In this document: one piece after another, positions 49,801-58,517 of the stretch
Layout: each line of letters begins with the position of its first letter
Numbering within the stretch: position 1 is the first letter of the stretch
Origin: Candidatus Pacearchaeota archaeon
GTDB taxonomy: Archaea; Nanobdellota; Nanobdellia; Pacearchaeales; UBA284
DNA length: 64,000 bases
Direction: 5' to 3'
Assembly (NCBI GenBank): GCA_026395795.1
Contig: JAPLYB010000040.1
Coordinates: 5,464 to 69,463, forward strand
The notes under the pieces: model-generated
Seen by the model: the letters and a program-made list of their open reading frames with translations, nothing else
Told to the model about the DNA's origin: nothing
The model's database searches: none
Translations under genes and position numbers: made by a program

Positions 49801-52577
49801 GCAATATCCCAACAAAAACAGTAAAATCTCCTTTAACAAATATTATTTATGATACTACAAAAACCTTTGAACAAAATAATTTTGACAAGCAAGCTAAAGA
49901 TGCGATTAAATTTGTTGTTTCTGTCGGAGTTATTGTCATAGCAGGAATAATTTCTGGAGGAACAGGCGCAGCAGTTGCTGGCTATTTAATAGAAGGACTT
50001 GGAGCAACTGCAACTTATGCAGCAACTTGTGCATTTGTAACAAATGTTGTTGTTTTTAGCGTTATAGCTTCTTATGGAAATGCTGCAATTCAATCTTCTT
50101 TTGAAAATGAAGATATCTTAACTGCATGGAACAATGAAATTGGCTGGAATCCTGAAAAAGGTCAAATTGGACAAAAATTTGTAAGAGATATTTCTTGGAA
50201 TTTCGTAATGTTTGGAGTCTTGCAAGGAACAAGCCAGTTTTTTAGAGAATGTAAATTCAATTATAATGCTTATAGCACATTAAAGACACAAGGATTGTCT
50301 GAAACAGAGATAAACTCTTTACTGAAAACTTCTGATGGAAAATTATTAGTCTCCAAATTTCTTGGCTCTGGAACAGGACAATTGCTTGCTCCAGTTTCTG
50401 AATTGGCTATATTTGATTTAATTGGGATAGGGCAACAAGGAACAGAAGTTGTTTTATCAAATGAGCTTTCTAAAGATGAAAAATTACAAGCAATAAAACA
50501 GTCTTTAGAACCATCAAGCATAGCAAAAATGTCTATTGATAATGCCAAATTTTTAATTGGACTTAAAACGGCAAATTCTGTTTTTTACAGTTTGACAAAA
50601 TCAATGCAATTAACAAATGAATTAAAGGCAAATTATCCACAAATGGAAGCAACAAGACAAGCACAATTAAAGGAGCTTGTCTCAACTGATTTACAAATCA
50701 GAGATAAGCTTTATGAATATGTCCAACAACCAACGAATGACAATCTAAGACAAAAATTAATCGACTTACAAGGGCAGGCACAACTTTTAAGGCAAAGTGC
50801 ATTAAGCCAACTCGGGAATTCTCCAGAAGATATACTGTTAAAATCAGAAATTTTGGATAAAGCGGGGAATGTTCCATTTACTTCTAGTAAAACATATCAG
50901 TTAGCTGAAAGATTAACCATTGATTCAAGAGTTGAAAGAACTTTCCTTTATGATGAAAAAAATCCAATAACAAGAGAAAATTTAGAAGAAATATTCCCCA
51001 ACGCTTTAATTCTAGAAGGCAAGGATAGAATCTTTACAATAATTAAAGAGGGAAACTCGTGGAATGTTGCAAAAACAACAGCAAGCGCTGAACAAATAAA
51101 TGCAGAAAAAAGTTCAGCAGAAACTTATAAGAAAACTGTTGTTGATGCGCCAGGAGTTGGAATGCTGGCGCTTCCTGCCTCAAATACCGTTCCTATCTCA
51201 GAAATTATGCAAAAATACTCCAATCAGGGAGTTGTTTTTATACACGCCTTAGACCCAATCGGTTTTAGCGGATATGAATCTTGGAGTTTAATAAGAAAAG
51301 GAGTTAGTTTGCAAGACAGGATGAATATTCTTTTAGGTTTAGAACCGTATATCGCAGCCTCAACAATTACACCAGGAGTTGGAGATAAAATCTGGAAAGG
51401 AATCGGCGTTATATTAAATGGAGGAGATATTACCTATGCATGTCCTGGCTCTGCCTGCTCAATATCAAAAGGAATATATGACCGAGTAACTTCTATCGGT
51501 GCACAAATTCCAAGAGGGCAATTAGATACAGACATAGATGTTGCAGTGAAGAGAGAGTATGAAAGCCCCACCACTCTTTCATCAGAATATTTGATAAAAG
51601 AGTATAATGAATTTGGGGTTAAAAATCCCAAAGTTGCGGCATTTTATATATCATTGGATTCTAAATTTAAGAATAGTATATCCACCTCTACGGCATTGAA
51701 GTATATACAAGAAATCTGTGCTAATCTGGGCTTGCCATTATATACTATCAAAGACGGAAGAATTTACGAAATAAAGAGCATAGAATATAAAACAAATAGC
51801 AATGGCGATTCAATTAGTTGGGAATTTATTCTTGGTAAGGAAATTTCAAATCAAGAAATTCTTCAAAGTGATTTTGAATTGTCTCCTCAAAATAAACAGA
51901 AGATGATGAGAGATTTATTTGCAATCTTTCCATTTTCAAATAATGAAATACAATTATACAGAATGTGGAGTATGGGCAGAGAAGCTTATATTGATATAAA
52001 TTCTTTAAAAAATCCTTCTGAATTTGAGGGGGAAAAGATTAATGTTAATGGAGAAGTAAACATTGCTTATATAATAAAAAATGGTCAGATTTTTAAGTCA
52101 GCTAGCACAACAACTTCTATGGGATTATGGGAGAATTATGGATTTCCTCCCAAAGCGATTTCTTTAAGATTAAATGGTGGATGCTTTACTTTTTTATTCA
52201 GTCCCAGAGAAATTCCACATCCCTCATCTAGACCTCCCCTTCTGGAAAGCAAGGATTTCTTAACTTCTATTCAGTCTCTTTCTAAATCAAAATTAGAAGA
52301 TGTAACGCGAGAAGATTTAGCTTATGCATTGTATGGATTCGGTGAAGAAGCAGCAAAACATAAGGATTTTGCAACCCAAAAAGTTGCATTTGAGATGGCA
52401 GAAAGAATGGGTTTTTCTGAAGCCAAATATGAAAATATAAGAGACTCTAGAGGATTTTTAAATAATGAATTTAAGATGTTCTTAGAAGACTTTAGTGATA
52501 AAGATGTAGGATTAGTAAAGGAAAAAATTGCAGCGGTATTTGGCTATATCCCTAGAGAATTTTATAAAAGTGAATAA
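46887..52577 (+). CDS. giant (1896 aa) low-Cys secreted protein with signal peptide and central Gly/Ala-rich TM block
   Basis: Signal peptide MKRKTNQQMIKSVISMFIIILIISTTFSSSVQIAKA; hydrophobic block AIKFVVSVGVIVIAGIISGGTGAAVAGYLIEGLGATATYAATCAFVTNVVVFSVIASYG; Asn/Ser/Lys-rich. Confidence 0.55.
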   Translation: MKRKTNQQMIKSVISMFIIILIISTTFSSSVQIAKADETLNPEQSTKLLELLHDKTSASAYFSNKANFNQDPFLSQAYFGNISTSTFSFWRDKNLVYNSQNNEISNSKFVINLNDFYQDSLFFYGDKSIELNGNKIYGNAYISKANDTFEETFILKTNFPNLDKILVTFKSNNATINITPDSLVFQGHVVVDVFLKTKRKISFESFSITKINKDLKIESRDSSLTLSKIFEPTQNNFEFYFPEHKFQGTSIIFFKNASIDSIDKAQLINSSYFDDNFYANYNSGFFSYTLNKQNLFFNSKPTTSGIFIDSNKITARGIFSIFIDKSRLNINSENGNSVLEYSWTKTNDNYNYEYSANGNLSIDTRDYSTRGDLKISEKTTDNIKNLDVSLQSSQSAVLKIKVYSDDSYFSEALDIPITLKKSTSSFLIDEKTLKQITELKTKNGIGLYYSKIKVTTGNNVLNIDPETSWFNTIQIDKSITGQTIINIIGKAIQNNPETEPEGKFNVLSPDQVSQEIGQVNDEIWIDGVQNAKLETFARALREAKWQQASSILSGFKSSGDETNLAIYSRIKENDPILVEQLESNQFSSTFFKNLANSIDYLKKSETAEQEYSNIQKQFSAKNLKYDVSPVELECKNKYLLYNRFQIISQSGENSEQSPVEYKASEIASSIGVSVYQLYQLNKDQLLGAIYDFDKNEIIDSKTNEPFLFNENITFLAPDTPLTLSAKEQFVESLRTQVYASRYYKTAYSGIKSLTTADEDARQQVDNLNNQIANDKKVYAFHKFLRDNQIDKKIHDKKYSEASQLLDKYPEKSFVSQYIKEKLQDKEIDFSQGDIYAMPIDEQTPGFGFTGMIVANTETFSRNPLIQTLMGVDSSVKSGLESGIIKNFREQLGLNKESLLDSDALELLASYNALEEYTNKYKQIEVGINDKTIIPSEALEEEIAIINQKIADYTKKSDNLWFNAYRKFMLSSSNIPTKTVKSPLTNIIYDTTKTFEQNNFDKQAKDAIKFVVSVGVIVIAGIISGGTGAAVAGYLIEGLGATATYAATCAFVTNVVVFSVIASYGNAAIQSSFENEDILTAWNNEIGWNPEKGQIGQKFVRDISWNFVMFGVLQGTSQFFRECKFNYNAYSTLKTQGLSETEINSLLKTSDGKLLVSKFLGSGTGQLLAPVSELAIFDLIGIGQQGTEVVLSNELSKDEKLQAIKQSLEPSSIAKMSIDNAKFLIGLKTANSVFYSLTKSMQLTNELKANYPQMEATRQAQLKELVSTDLQIRDKLYEYVQQPTNDNLRQKLIDLQGQAQLLRQSALSQLGNSPEDILLKSEILDKAGNVPFTSSKTYQLAERLTIDSRVERTFLYDEKNPITRENLEEIFPNALILEGKDRIFTIIKEGNSWNVAKTTASAEQINAEKSSAETYKKTVVDAPGVGMLALPASNTVPISEIMQKYSNQGVVFIHALDPIGFSGYESWSLIRKGVSLQDRMNILLGLEPYIAASTITPGVGDKIWKGIGVILNGGDITYACPGSACSISKGIYDRVTSIGAQIPRGQLDTDIDVAVKREYESPTTLSSEYLIKEYNEFGVKNPKVAAFYISLDSKFKNSISTSTALKYIQEICANLGLPLYTIKDGRIYEIKSIEYKTNSNGDSISWEFILGKEISNQEILQSDFELSPQNKQKMMRDLFAIFPFSNNEIQLYRMWSMGREAYIDINSLKNPSEFEGEKINVNGEVNIAYIIKNGQIFKSASTTTSMGLWENYGFPPKAISLRLNGGCFTFLFSPREIPHPSSRPPLLESKDFLTSIQSLSKSKLEDVTREDLAYALYGFGEEAAKHKDFATQKVAFEMAERMGFSEAKYENIRDSRGFLNNEFKMFLEDFSDKDVGLVKEKIAAVFGYIPREFYKSE

Positions 52578-52726
52578 AAGAAACCGAGAGCCTCCGCGAA
52601 ATGGAATTCGTGGCAAAATCTTGTCTATTGAACTTTTATCAAAGAACTAAACCCTAGACCGGTCTTAAGTGAATGCAACTTAAAAAAATTACAAACGAAA
52701 AATGCTTCAAATTTAAGTCTTTATTT

Positions 52727-53242
52727 TTAAGCGTGGATTATACCCTCAAGTCTTTCTTTGCTATATCTAGTCTCTAATTCACTATCAACGTCTTGTTCAG
52801 TTCTAGTTAGTTGAGTACCAAGACTTTCATCTCCACTTAAACTATTATATTCGTCAAACTTTGTGGCATAAACCCTTAGTTCTCGTATGTTTCTTTTATT
52901 TTCTTGTTTTGCGCGTTTTTTATCTAAACTTTTTCCCTTTGCAATTCCGATTGCCGTACCAGAAATACAACCAACAAGACCACTGAATCCCATCAAAAAT
53001 GGAATGTTAATTGGGGTGTATTCGGGATAAGAAGAACCTCCCGGGCTGATATTCATGAGTATGCCTATCCCTATTCCAGCCAAAGTCCCCAAAACTGCGC
53101 CAGTAACACCACATGCTCTTGCTTCATATGGTTTTTTTGTTTTACATGTTCCTATTTTTTGTCTATAAACTGCTGTTCTATAAGCTTGAATAACTTCATC
53201 CCTTCTTGAAGGGTCATAAATATCTAGGTTTTCTGTTGTCAT
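52727..53242 (-). CDS. glycine-zipper two-TM membrane protein (paralog of 53239..53781)
   Basis: YDPSRR N-terminal motif, two GxxxG-rich helices, charged C-terminal tail. Confidence 0.45.
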   Translation of the reverse strand: MTTENLDIYDPSRRDEVIQAYRTAVYRQKIGTCKTKKPYEARACGVTGAVLGTLAGIGIGILMNISPGGSSYPEYTPINIPFLMGFSGLVGCISGTAIGIAKGKSLDKKRAKQENKRNIRELRVYATKFDEYNSLSGDESLGTQLTRTEQDVDSELETRYSKERLEGIIHA

Positions 53243-53781
53243 CTTAAATTTGCCTCCAATTCCATTCTTTCCCGTTGTTCTTCGAATCTAGCTTTTTCAT
53301 TTATCCCTATTTGTTTAAATAGAGCAACAAGACCTTCACTTTCAGAAAGACCATTCACTTGATCAAATTCTTGAGCATATTGTTCAAAATAATCAGTTTG
53401 TGATTTGTTTTGTTTTATTGCGGCATTCTTATCTGCTTTTCTTCCTTCTAAGACTCCGAATATGCTACAAATGGCTCCAATACCGAGACCACCTAACAGA
53501 AACTCAAGATTAAAATTTGGGTCTGGAGTAGAATAACTTTGATAAGGTCCAGTTGAAACTGCACCAATGGCAAGAGTCTCCAAGAATAGTCCACCCAAAG
53601 TTCCAAAAAGACCAGCCTGAAGTCCACCAGCGATTGCTAGCTTATGATTTTTTACATTATAATTTCCAGTCAATCTTGCGTTAATTAAATCTGTATAAGA
53701 ATTTTTCATTTCTTGCCATCTTGATGGATCATAGACTCCTCTTGATTCTTGCTCTTGTATAAATTGATTTTTCTTTGTCAT
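53239..53781 (-). CDS. glycine-zipper two-TM membrane protein (paralog)
   Basis: VYDPSRW motif, GLQAGLFGTLGGLF and LGGLGIGAICSIFG helices; overlaps the downstream paralog by 4 nt. Confidence 0.45.
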   Translation of the reverse strand: MTKKNQFIQEQESRGVYDPSRWQEMKNSYTDLINARLTGNYNVKNHKLAIAGGLQAGLFGTLGGLFLETLAIGAVSTGPYQSYSTPDPNFNLEFLLGGLGIGAICSIFGVLEGRKADKNAAIKQNKSQTDYFEQYAQEFDQVNGLSESEGLVALFKQIGINEKARFEEQRERMELEANLR

Positions 53782-53882
53782 TTTAATCTACAATCTCTAA
53801 GTATTTAGGGTTTATAAACTTTTCGTTTAATTATCTCTTTATAGTAGTAACAAAAGTATAAACCCTAAAAAGTTAATAAAAA

Positions 53883-53908
53883 GAAAAAAGGGCTTTCGCC
53901 CTTTTTTT
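53883..53908 (-). terminator. GC hairpin (gggc-gaaa-gccc) followed by T-run immediately after stop of 53907..54185
   Basis: aaaaaagggctttcgccctttttttaa seen directly; minus-strand reading gives hairpin then TTTTTTT. Confidence 0.4.
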
Positions 53909-54185
53909 AATCCTCGCCAAATCGAATGATTTGGTATTTTGTTCGAGGATCTGTTGCAGATTGCCTGCGTTTTACTCCACACGCATTCTGCCAGACTTTT
54001 CTTTTCTGGTTCCATCTAAAGCCAAGTTCTTTCAAGAACGAAAGTTCTTCTTGGCTTAGTCGCTGTTTGAACTCAGCCCAAATCCATAATCCTACTGCGT
54101 AGCAGTTTCTTACGAACTCTGGATTGTGCTTTTCAATAGCTTCTATCACTTCAATCTGTTTTGGATTTTCTTCATCGTTTTCCAT
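53907..54185 (-). CDS. hypothetical protein (92 aa) with LGFRWNQKRKVWQ motif
   Basis: ORF with promoter-like upstream region. Confidence 0.4.
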   Translation of the reverse strand: MENDEENPKQIEVIEAIEKHNPEFVRNCYAVGLWIWAEFKQRLSQEELSFLKELGFRWNQKRKVWQNACGVKRRQSATDPRTKYQIIRFGED

Positions 54186-54705
54186 TTTTCAAATTACCTC
54201 CTTTCAGCTTTTTGCTAAATTTATTTATCATACCCGACTTGAAACGAACTGATTTTTACATTTTTAGAAAAAATTATCTCTGGAAGAATGACGAGCTATA
54301 ATTTTTACGACCCTGCACCTTTCTGAAGCTTGCGAAAGAAAGACAAAGCAGATAAGCCCGAAGCCCGCGAAAATTAGGATTAAAGCGAAGCGTGTCTTGT
54401 GGGAACCCTCTGGGGCTAGACTTAATCTTTATTTTCGGGCTGGCGAGGAATAGCTTATTTGCTTTAAGGGGAAAAATCTAAAATGAGGGAGTTTAGGGTA
54501 TGTAAGATAAATAAATGAAAAAAGCGACAAAAAGGAGTGTAAGAAAATAGAAACTAGAAAATGCAATTAGTGAATAGAATCTATCTTTAAAGACAGAGTT
54601 CTGAATAAGGAGTGCAGTAGGTTGGATTTGGGCGTAGAAAAGATTAAAAAGAAGGAGTAACAGAGGCTGTATTGGTGCGTTAAAGGTTGGTAAAGGGGGT
54701 TAAAA

Positions 54706-55674
54706 ATGGAAAATAGTTTAAAAAAGAAAGTCTTAAAAAGTAGAAAATTGATAGTTATAATAGGAAAAGAGAGAAAAAAGATGGTTAAAAATATAAATCT
54801 TAATCTAAGATTTCTAAAAATTAACTATCTAAATAATATTTGTTATTATATCAAAGAAAAAAATCCTAAAGAAGTATTTACTTTAAAACTAATAAATTTT
54901 TTCAAAGAAAACTTTGATAGTAAGTCTATATTTAATTTTCAAGGGATGAACTATCGTTTTGGAGCAGTTGAAATTGGACAAAATCATATTTGTGGTAAAT
55001 TGTGGGAATTAAAAAAGAAACATGAAAAAGATTATCCTTGGACTGGAACGGATTATGAAATAAAACCACAGCTTGGAGCAGATTATCGTTTTGCTTGGTT
55101 TTATATAGACATTCAAACAAAACATTTAGTTTTACAGGATGAAAGAGATTTAACTCCAGATAAAGCTATTCAAGTTTTATGCTCATGGTTTGATGATTTT
55201 CATGGAATAAAAGAAGGGATAAATATTCAATACCTCAAAAGTAAAAAAGACTTTTTAAATGAATTGAAAGAAGCATATAAAATAGTTTATGCTAAATTTA
55301 TTTTGTATCCTAGTAATTTTGACTATGATGGTATAAGCAAACCATTAGATGATAGTCTTCATGCTTTAGAAATAAGTGAAATGAAACAAGAAATAAAAAG
55401 TAATAATGGGGTTAAATTGGAATTAGATAAGCCAAATGTTTTTTCTTCTTCGTTGGCTCAGGCATTAAGGGGTAATGGTAAAGACCCAGAAATAAAAACT
55501 CAAGATAAAAAAGGGAATATTACTATATTAACAAAAAAGATGAAGCATATAAAAAAGCAAATTCAAGGGTTTAAAGATATAAATGATATTAAGAAAATTA
55601 AACCACATCTTATTGCACAACTCAAAGAAGTTATTAAAGAAATGGATAATAAAAATGAAAGCAAAAGTGATTAA
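54706..55674 (+). CDS. hypothetical cytoplasmic protein (322 aa), first gene inside transposon
   Basis: ATG inside the left TIR; no recognisable motifs. Confidence 0.45.
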   Translation: MENSLKKKVLKSRKLIVIIGKERKKMVKNINLNLRFLKINYLNNICYYIKEKNPKEVFTLKLINFFKENFDSKSIFNFQGMNYRFGAVEIGQNHICGKLWELKKKHEKDYPWTGTDYEIKPQLGADYRFAWFYIDIQTKHLVLQDERDLTPDKAIQVLCSWFDDFHGIKEGINIQYLKSKKDFLNELKEAYKIVYAKFILYPSNFDYDGISKPLDDSLHALEISEMKQEIKSNNGVKLELDKPNVFSSSLAQALRGNGKDPEIKTQDKKGNITILTKKMKHIKKQIQGFKDINDIKKIKPHLIAQLKEVIKEMDNKNESKSD

Positions 55675-56140
55675 AGAATTTTTTAAAGCTAAGGCATTTA
55701 CTATTTCAGTGGTTATACTCTTACTTTATGCAATATTTTTTCATGGTAAAATAATAATTGATAAAGACAACTTAGAACACATATTTGGTTTTTTTCTTAC
55801 TCTATTTCCCTTAATAATAGCAATATTTACAATATTAATATCGTTTACAGATAATAAGTTTTTGAAATTCTTAAAAGATACAAAGGGAGCAGATAAAAAG
55901 ACGAGCATATATGATGAAATACTTGCTTATTTCATTATTAATACTATTTTAAGTTTGATAGCAGTTTTAATTGCTGGATTTGTCTTTTGTTTTAAACTAT
56001 CTGAATATGCTTTCTTGCAGTATATAATGATTTTTGTTTTTTCTTATACCATAATTTCATTTATTCAGTTAATCAGATTTATATTCTATTTTGCTAAGAA
56101 AAAAGCAGATTTTGTTAGTATAACTGAGAAGACATTTTGA
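55655..56140 (+). CDS. small 4-TM membrane protein, hypothetical (start trimmed to MKAKVIKEFF)
   Basis: Four hydrophobic helices; overlaps the stop of the upstream gene by 20 nt. Confidence 0.4.
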   Translation: MKAKVIKEFFKAKAFTISVVILLLYAIFFHGKIIIDKDNLEHIFGFFLTLFPLIIAIFTILISFTDNKFLKFLKDTKGADKKTSIYDEILAYFIINTILSLIAVLIAGFVFCFKLSEYAFLQYIMIFVFSYTIISFIQLIRFIFYFAKKKADFVSITEKTF

Positions 56141-57044
56141 TAAGTTCCAACCACTTATTATTCTCCTTCAACTTCAAATCAGTAGCCAATTCATAAGGTC
56201 TTTTATTGATAGCTTGATTTATCCTTATGAAATTATAATAAATCTCATAACCTTTCAAGATTAAATTAGCACTTCTCAAGCTTCCATGAAAACCACGAAA
56301 GACCTTAGTTCTCGCTCTTACATTATTATGCAACCTTTCAATAGGATAATTAAAAACATCTTCTTGTTTGCTTGTAACAACCCTATTATGAAAAACACTT
56401 TGTTTGCCCTCTTTCAAAGAATAACCAAAAACTTTCTTTACTGCTCCAATATAAGCATTTAAACCATCTGTTGTAACCATTTGAATTTTATTAGTTGTTC
56501 TTTCTTTTGCAGAGCTAATTATAGCAGTTATCTTCTTCTTACTTCTACATTTTGAATATTCAGAAGCTATCATAAATCTAGTAGTTGGGCAAACCCCATC
56601 TATAAAAAAGTTTTCTTCTGTTCCTTTAGATTTATGGCTTTTTCTTCGGTGATATTCAATTTCATCAAATTGTATTTCTTCTGAAATGTTTAGTCTTAAC
56701 TTATCTGTAAATTTACTTATAACCTTAGCATACTTCCAAACCCATCTTAGAATAGTTGAATGGTCTGCGTTATGTGGGAAGAACATGCCTAGATGTTCTT
56801 GAGTTCCACGAGTAGAAGCACCCCGATAAAATAAATCTACTGCCTGTGTTATCTTCTGTGGTGAGTTTCTCATTCTGAAAAAGCCATCATCAAGGGTAAA
56901 AGTTTTATTACAATCTTTACATTTATATCTCTGTATAAGCCCTCTATTTTCTGTTTTTCTTGTAGTCCATTTTATAGTATTCTCGGACTTGCAGAAGCGA
57001 CATATTATTTTATTCTTGGTATTTTGTGTTTCCATTTTATCCAT
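56115..57044 (-). CDS. IS6-family-like DDE transposase with N-terminal zinc ribbon
   Basis: CRFCKS...CKDC zinc ribbon; VTTDGLNAY (cf. IS26 TDKAPAY), NYPIERLHNNVRAR, FHGSLRSANLILKGYE blocks matching IS6/IS26 transposase architecture. Confidence 0.65.
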   Translation of the reverse strand: MDKMETQNTKNKIICRFCKSENTIKWTTRKTENRGLIQRYKCKDCNKTFTLDDGFFRMRNSPQKITQAVDLFYRGASTRGTQEHLGMFFPHNADHSTILRWVWKYAKVISKFTDKLRLNISEEIQFDEIEYHRRKSHKSKGTEENFFIDGVCPTTRFMIASEYSKCRSKKKITAIISSAKERTTNKIQMVTTDGLNAYIGAVKKVFGYSLKEGKQSVFHNRVVTSKQEDVFNYPIERLHNNVRARTKVFRGFHGSLRSANLILKGYEIYYNFIRINQAINKRPYELATDLKLKENNKWLELIKMSSQLY

Positions 57045-57148
57045 TTACCTTATAGGTATAACCTATTAAGTAATATTGACTATTTAAATCTTTCGCTTTG
57101 GGTATAACTTAATAGGTAAGTTTATAAACCATAAAAATATATATCTAT

Positions 57149-57316
57149 ATGGCAGAAATAAAAATTGAGGTAATGTCCTATAAGTGTGACAGATGTGGTC
57201 ATAAATGGATACCAAGAAATAAAAATAAACCGATTATATGCCCACTTTGTAAATCACCTTATTGGAATATACCTAGAAAAATCTTTAAAAAGGCGGAAAA
57301 TAAAAATGCAAAATAA
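57149..57316 (+). CDS. 55-aa zinc-ribbon protein (CxxC...CxxC), not in ORF track
   Basis: Translated by eye: MAEIKIEVMSYKCDRCGHKWIPRNKNKPIICPLCKSPYWNIPRKIFKKAENKNAK; promoter-like GTTTATAAACC ~25 nt upstream; overlaps MTase start by 11 nt. Confidence 0.45.
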   Translation: MAEIKIEVMSYKCDRCGHKWIPRNKNKPIICPLCKSPYWNIPRKIFKKAENKNAK

Positions 57317-58517
57317 AAATTATCTTGATATTATACTTGCAAAAAGCAAAAAACATCTAATATCTGAATTGGGTATAGCAGAAACTCAAAAGTTTATAGA
57401 AGAAGTTAAATCAAAAATAACATCTAAAGAAAATAAAGAGATTATTAAGCAATTTAATGAAATATATACTAAAAGAATTAAAGACAAATATCAAAAAGAT
57501 ACAAGCCCAGAATACGATAAAAGACTTTTTAGTTTTATAAAGAATAAAAATAACAAAATAAAAATAGTTTGGGGGGATTGTTATGAAAACCTAAAAAAAC
57601 TTCCTTCTGAAAGTGTGCATTTAATGGTTACTTCTCCGCCTTATTATAACGCAAGAGAATATTCGCAATACGGGGATTTAAATAAATATCTTGAAGATAT
57701 GAAAAAGATAATTACTGAGTGTTATAGGGTTTTGGACAATCATCATGTTTTTGTTTTTAATGTTGGCGATATTTTTGATAATGATAATTTAGTTAGTAAA
57801 TCGGTTTGGGGGGATAGAAGGTTGCCCCTTGGGGCTTACTTTATTAAGATATTTGAAGATGTGGGTTTTACTTTTGTTGATGACCTTATCTGGGATAAGG
57901 GAGAAGTAGAAAGTAAAAGGCATAAAAATGGGAATACTCCTTATCCATTTTATCAATATCCTATGAATTGCTATGAACATATTTTAATTTTTCATAAGCA
58001 TAGATTAGATACTACTCATTTTCCTTGCCCTGTTTGTGGCACATTACAAGTAAATGGAAATACCCAATCAGAAATAGGTTTAATGTCTTGGGAATGTAAA
58101 AACTTAGAATGTTTTGAGAGAAGTGCTAGTGACAGAGGAAAAAGATTTTCATTAAAAACTAATATGACTCAAAGTCCATCAATCAGAGAAGGTAATGAAG
58201 TGCCACATGATTTAATTAAAAAGTGGAGACGGGACATAACTAAATTTTCTCCTGTAATAAAAATAAATAGCAAAGGAGAAAACAAATTAGGGCATACAGC
58301 ACCATTCCCAGAAGACATACCCGAAATGGCAATTTGGTTTTATACTTATAAGGGGGATATAGTGCTTGACCCATTTGCAGGAAGTTTTACTACTTGTATA
58401 GTTGCTAATAAATTAAGCAGAATTGGGGTTGGAATGGAATTAAGAAAAGATTTGTTTGAGAAAGCTATAAAAGATAATTTAAATAAGAAGAAACAGGATT
58501 TTGAAGTTTTTAAATAA
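57306..58517 (+). CDS. DNA methyltransferase (N6-adenine/N4-cytosine, beta-class, ParB-MTase-like) with internal Zn-finger insertion
   Basis: MVTSPPYYNAREY (DPPY-type catalytic motif IV), C-terminal AdoMet-binding region LDPFAGSFTT (FxGxG-like), CPVCG...WECKNLEC insertion; start at MQNKNYLD rather than track start 57186. Confidence 0.8.
   Translation: MQNKNYLDIILAKSKKHLISELGIAETQKFIEEVKSKITSKENKEIIKQFNEIYTKRIKDKYQKDTSPEYDKRLFSFIKNKNNKIKIVWGDCYENLKKLPSESVHLMVTSPPYYNAREYSQYGDLNKYLEDMKKIITECYRVLDNHHVFVFNVGDIFDNDNLVSKSVWGDRRLPLGAYFIKIFEDVGFTFVDDLIWDKGEVESKRHKNGNTPYPFYQYPMNCYEHILIFHKHRLDTTHFPCPVCGTLQVNGNTQSEIGLMSWECKNLECFERSASDRGKRFSLKTNMTQSPSIREGNEVPHDLIKKWRRDITKFSPVIKINSKGENKLGHTAPFPEDIPEMAIWFYTYKGDIVLDPFAGSFTTCIVANKLSRIGVGMELRKDLFEKAIKDNLNKKKQDFEVFK

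Noticed and set aside
54190-54658. Specific ncRNA identity (RNase P RNA / SRP RNA) for the GC-rich spacer
   Set aside because: No recognisable conserved RNase P (P4) or SRP motifs by eye; kept only as a low-confidence candidate structured region.
56050-57130. Canonical short IS6-type terminal inverted repeats immediately flanking the transposase gene
   Set aside because: Near both gene ends I found only same-orientation GTATAAC-containing segments and a local palindrome at 57063-57118, not a convincing inverted pair. The only clear TIRs are the 42-bp ones 1.4 and 2.3 kb away.
57186-57305. 40-aa N-terminal extension of the methyltransferase ORF (MTDVVINGYQ...)
   Set aside because: It is an out-of-frame overlap with the better-supported 55-aa Zn-ribbon ORF (57149..57316). 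The MTase more plausibly starts at MQNKNYLD (57306).
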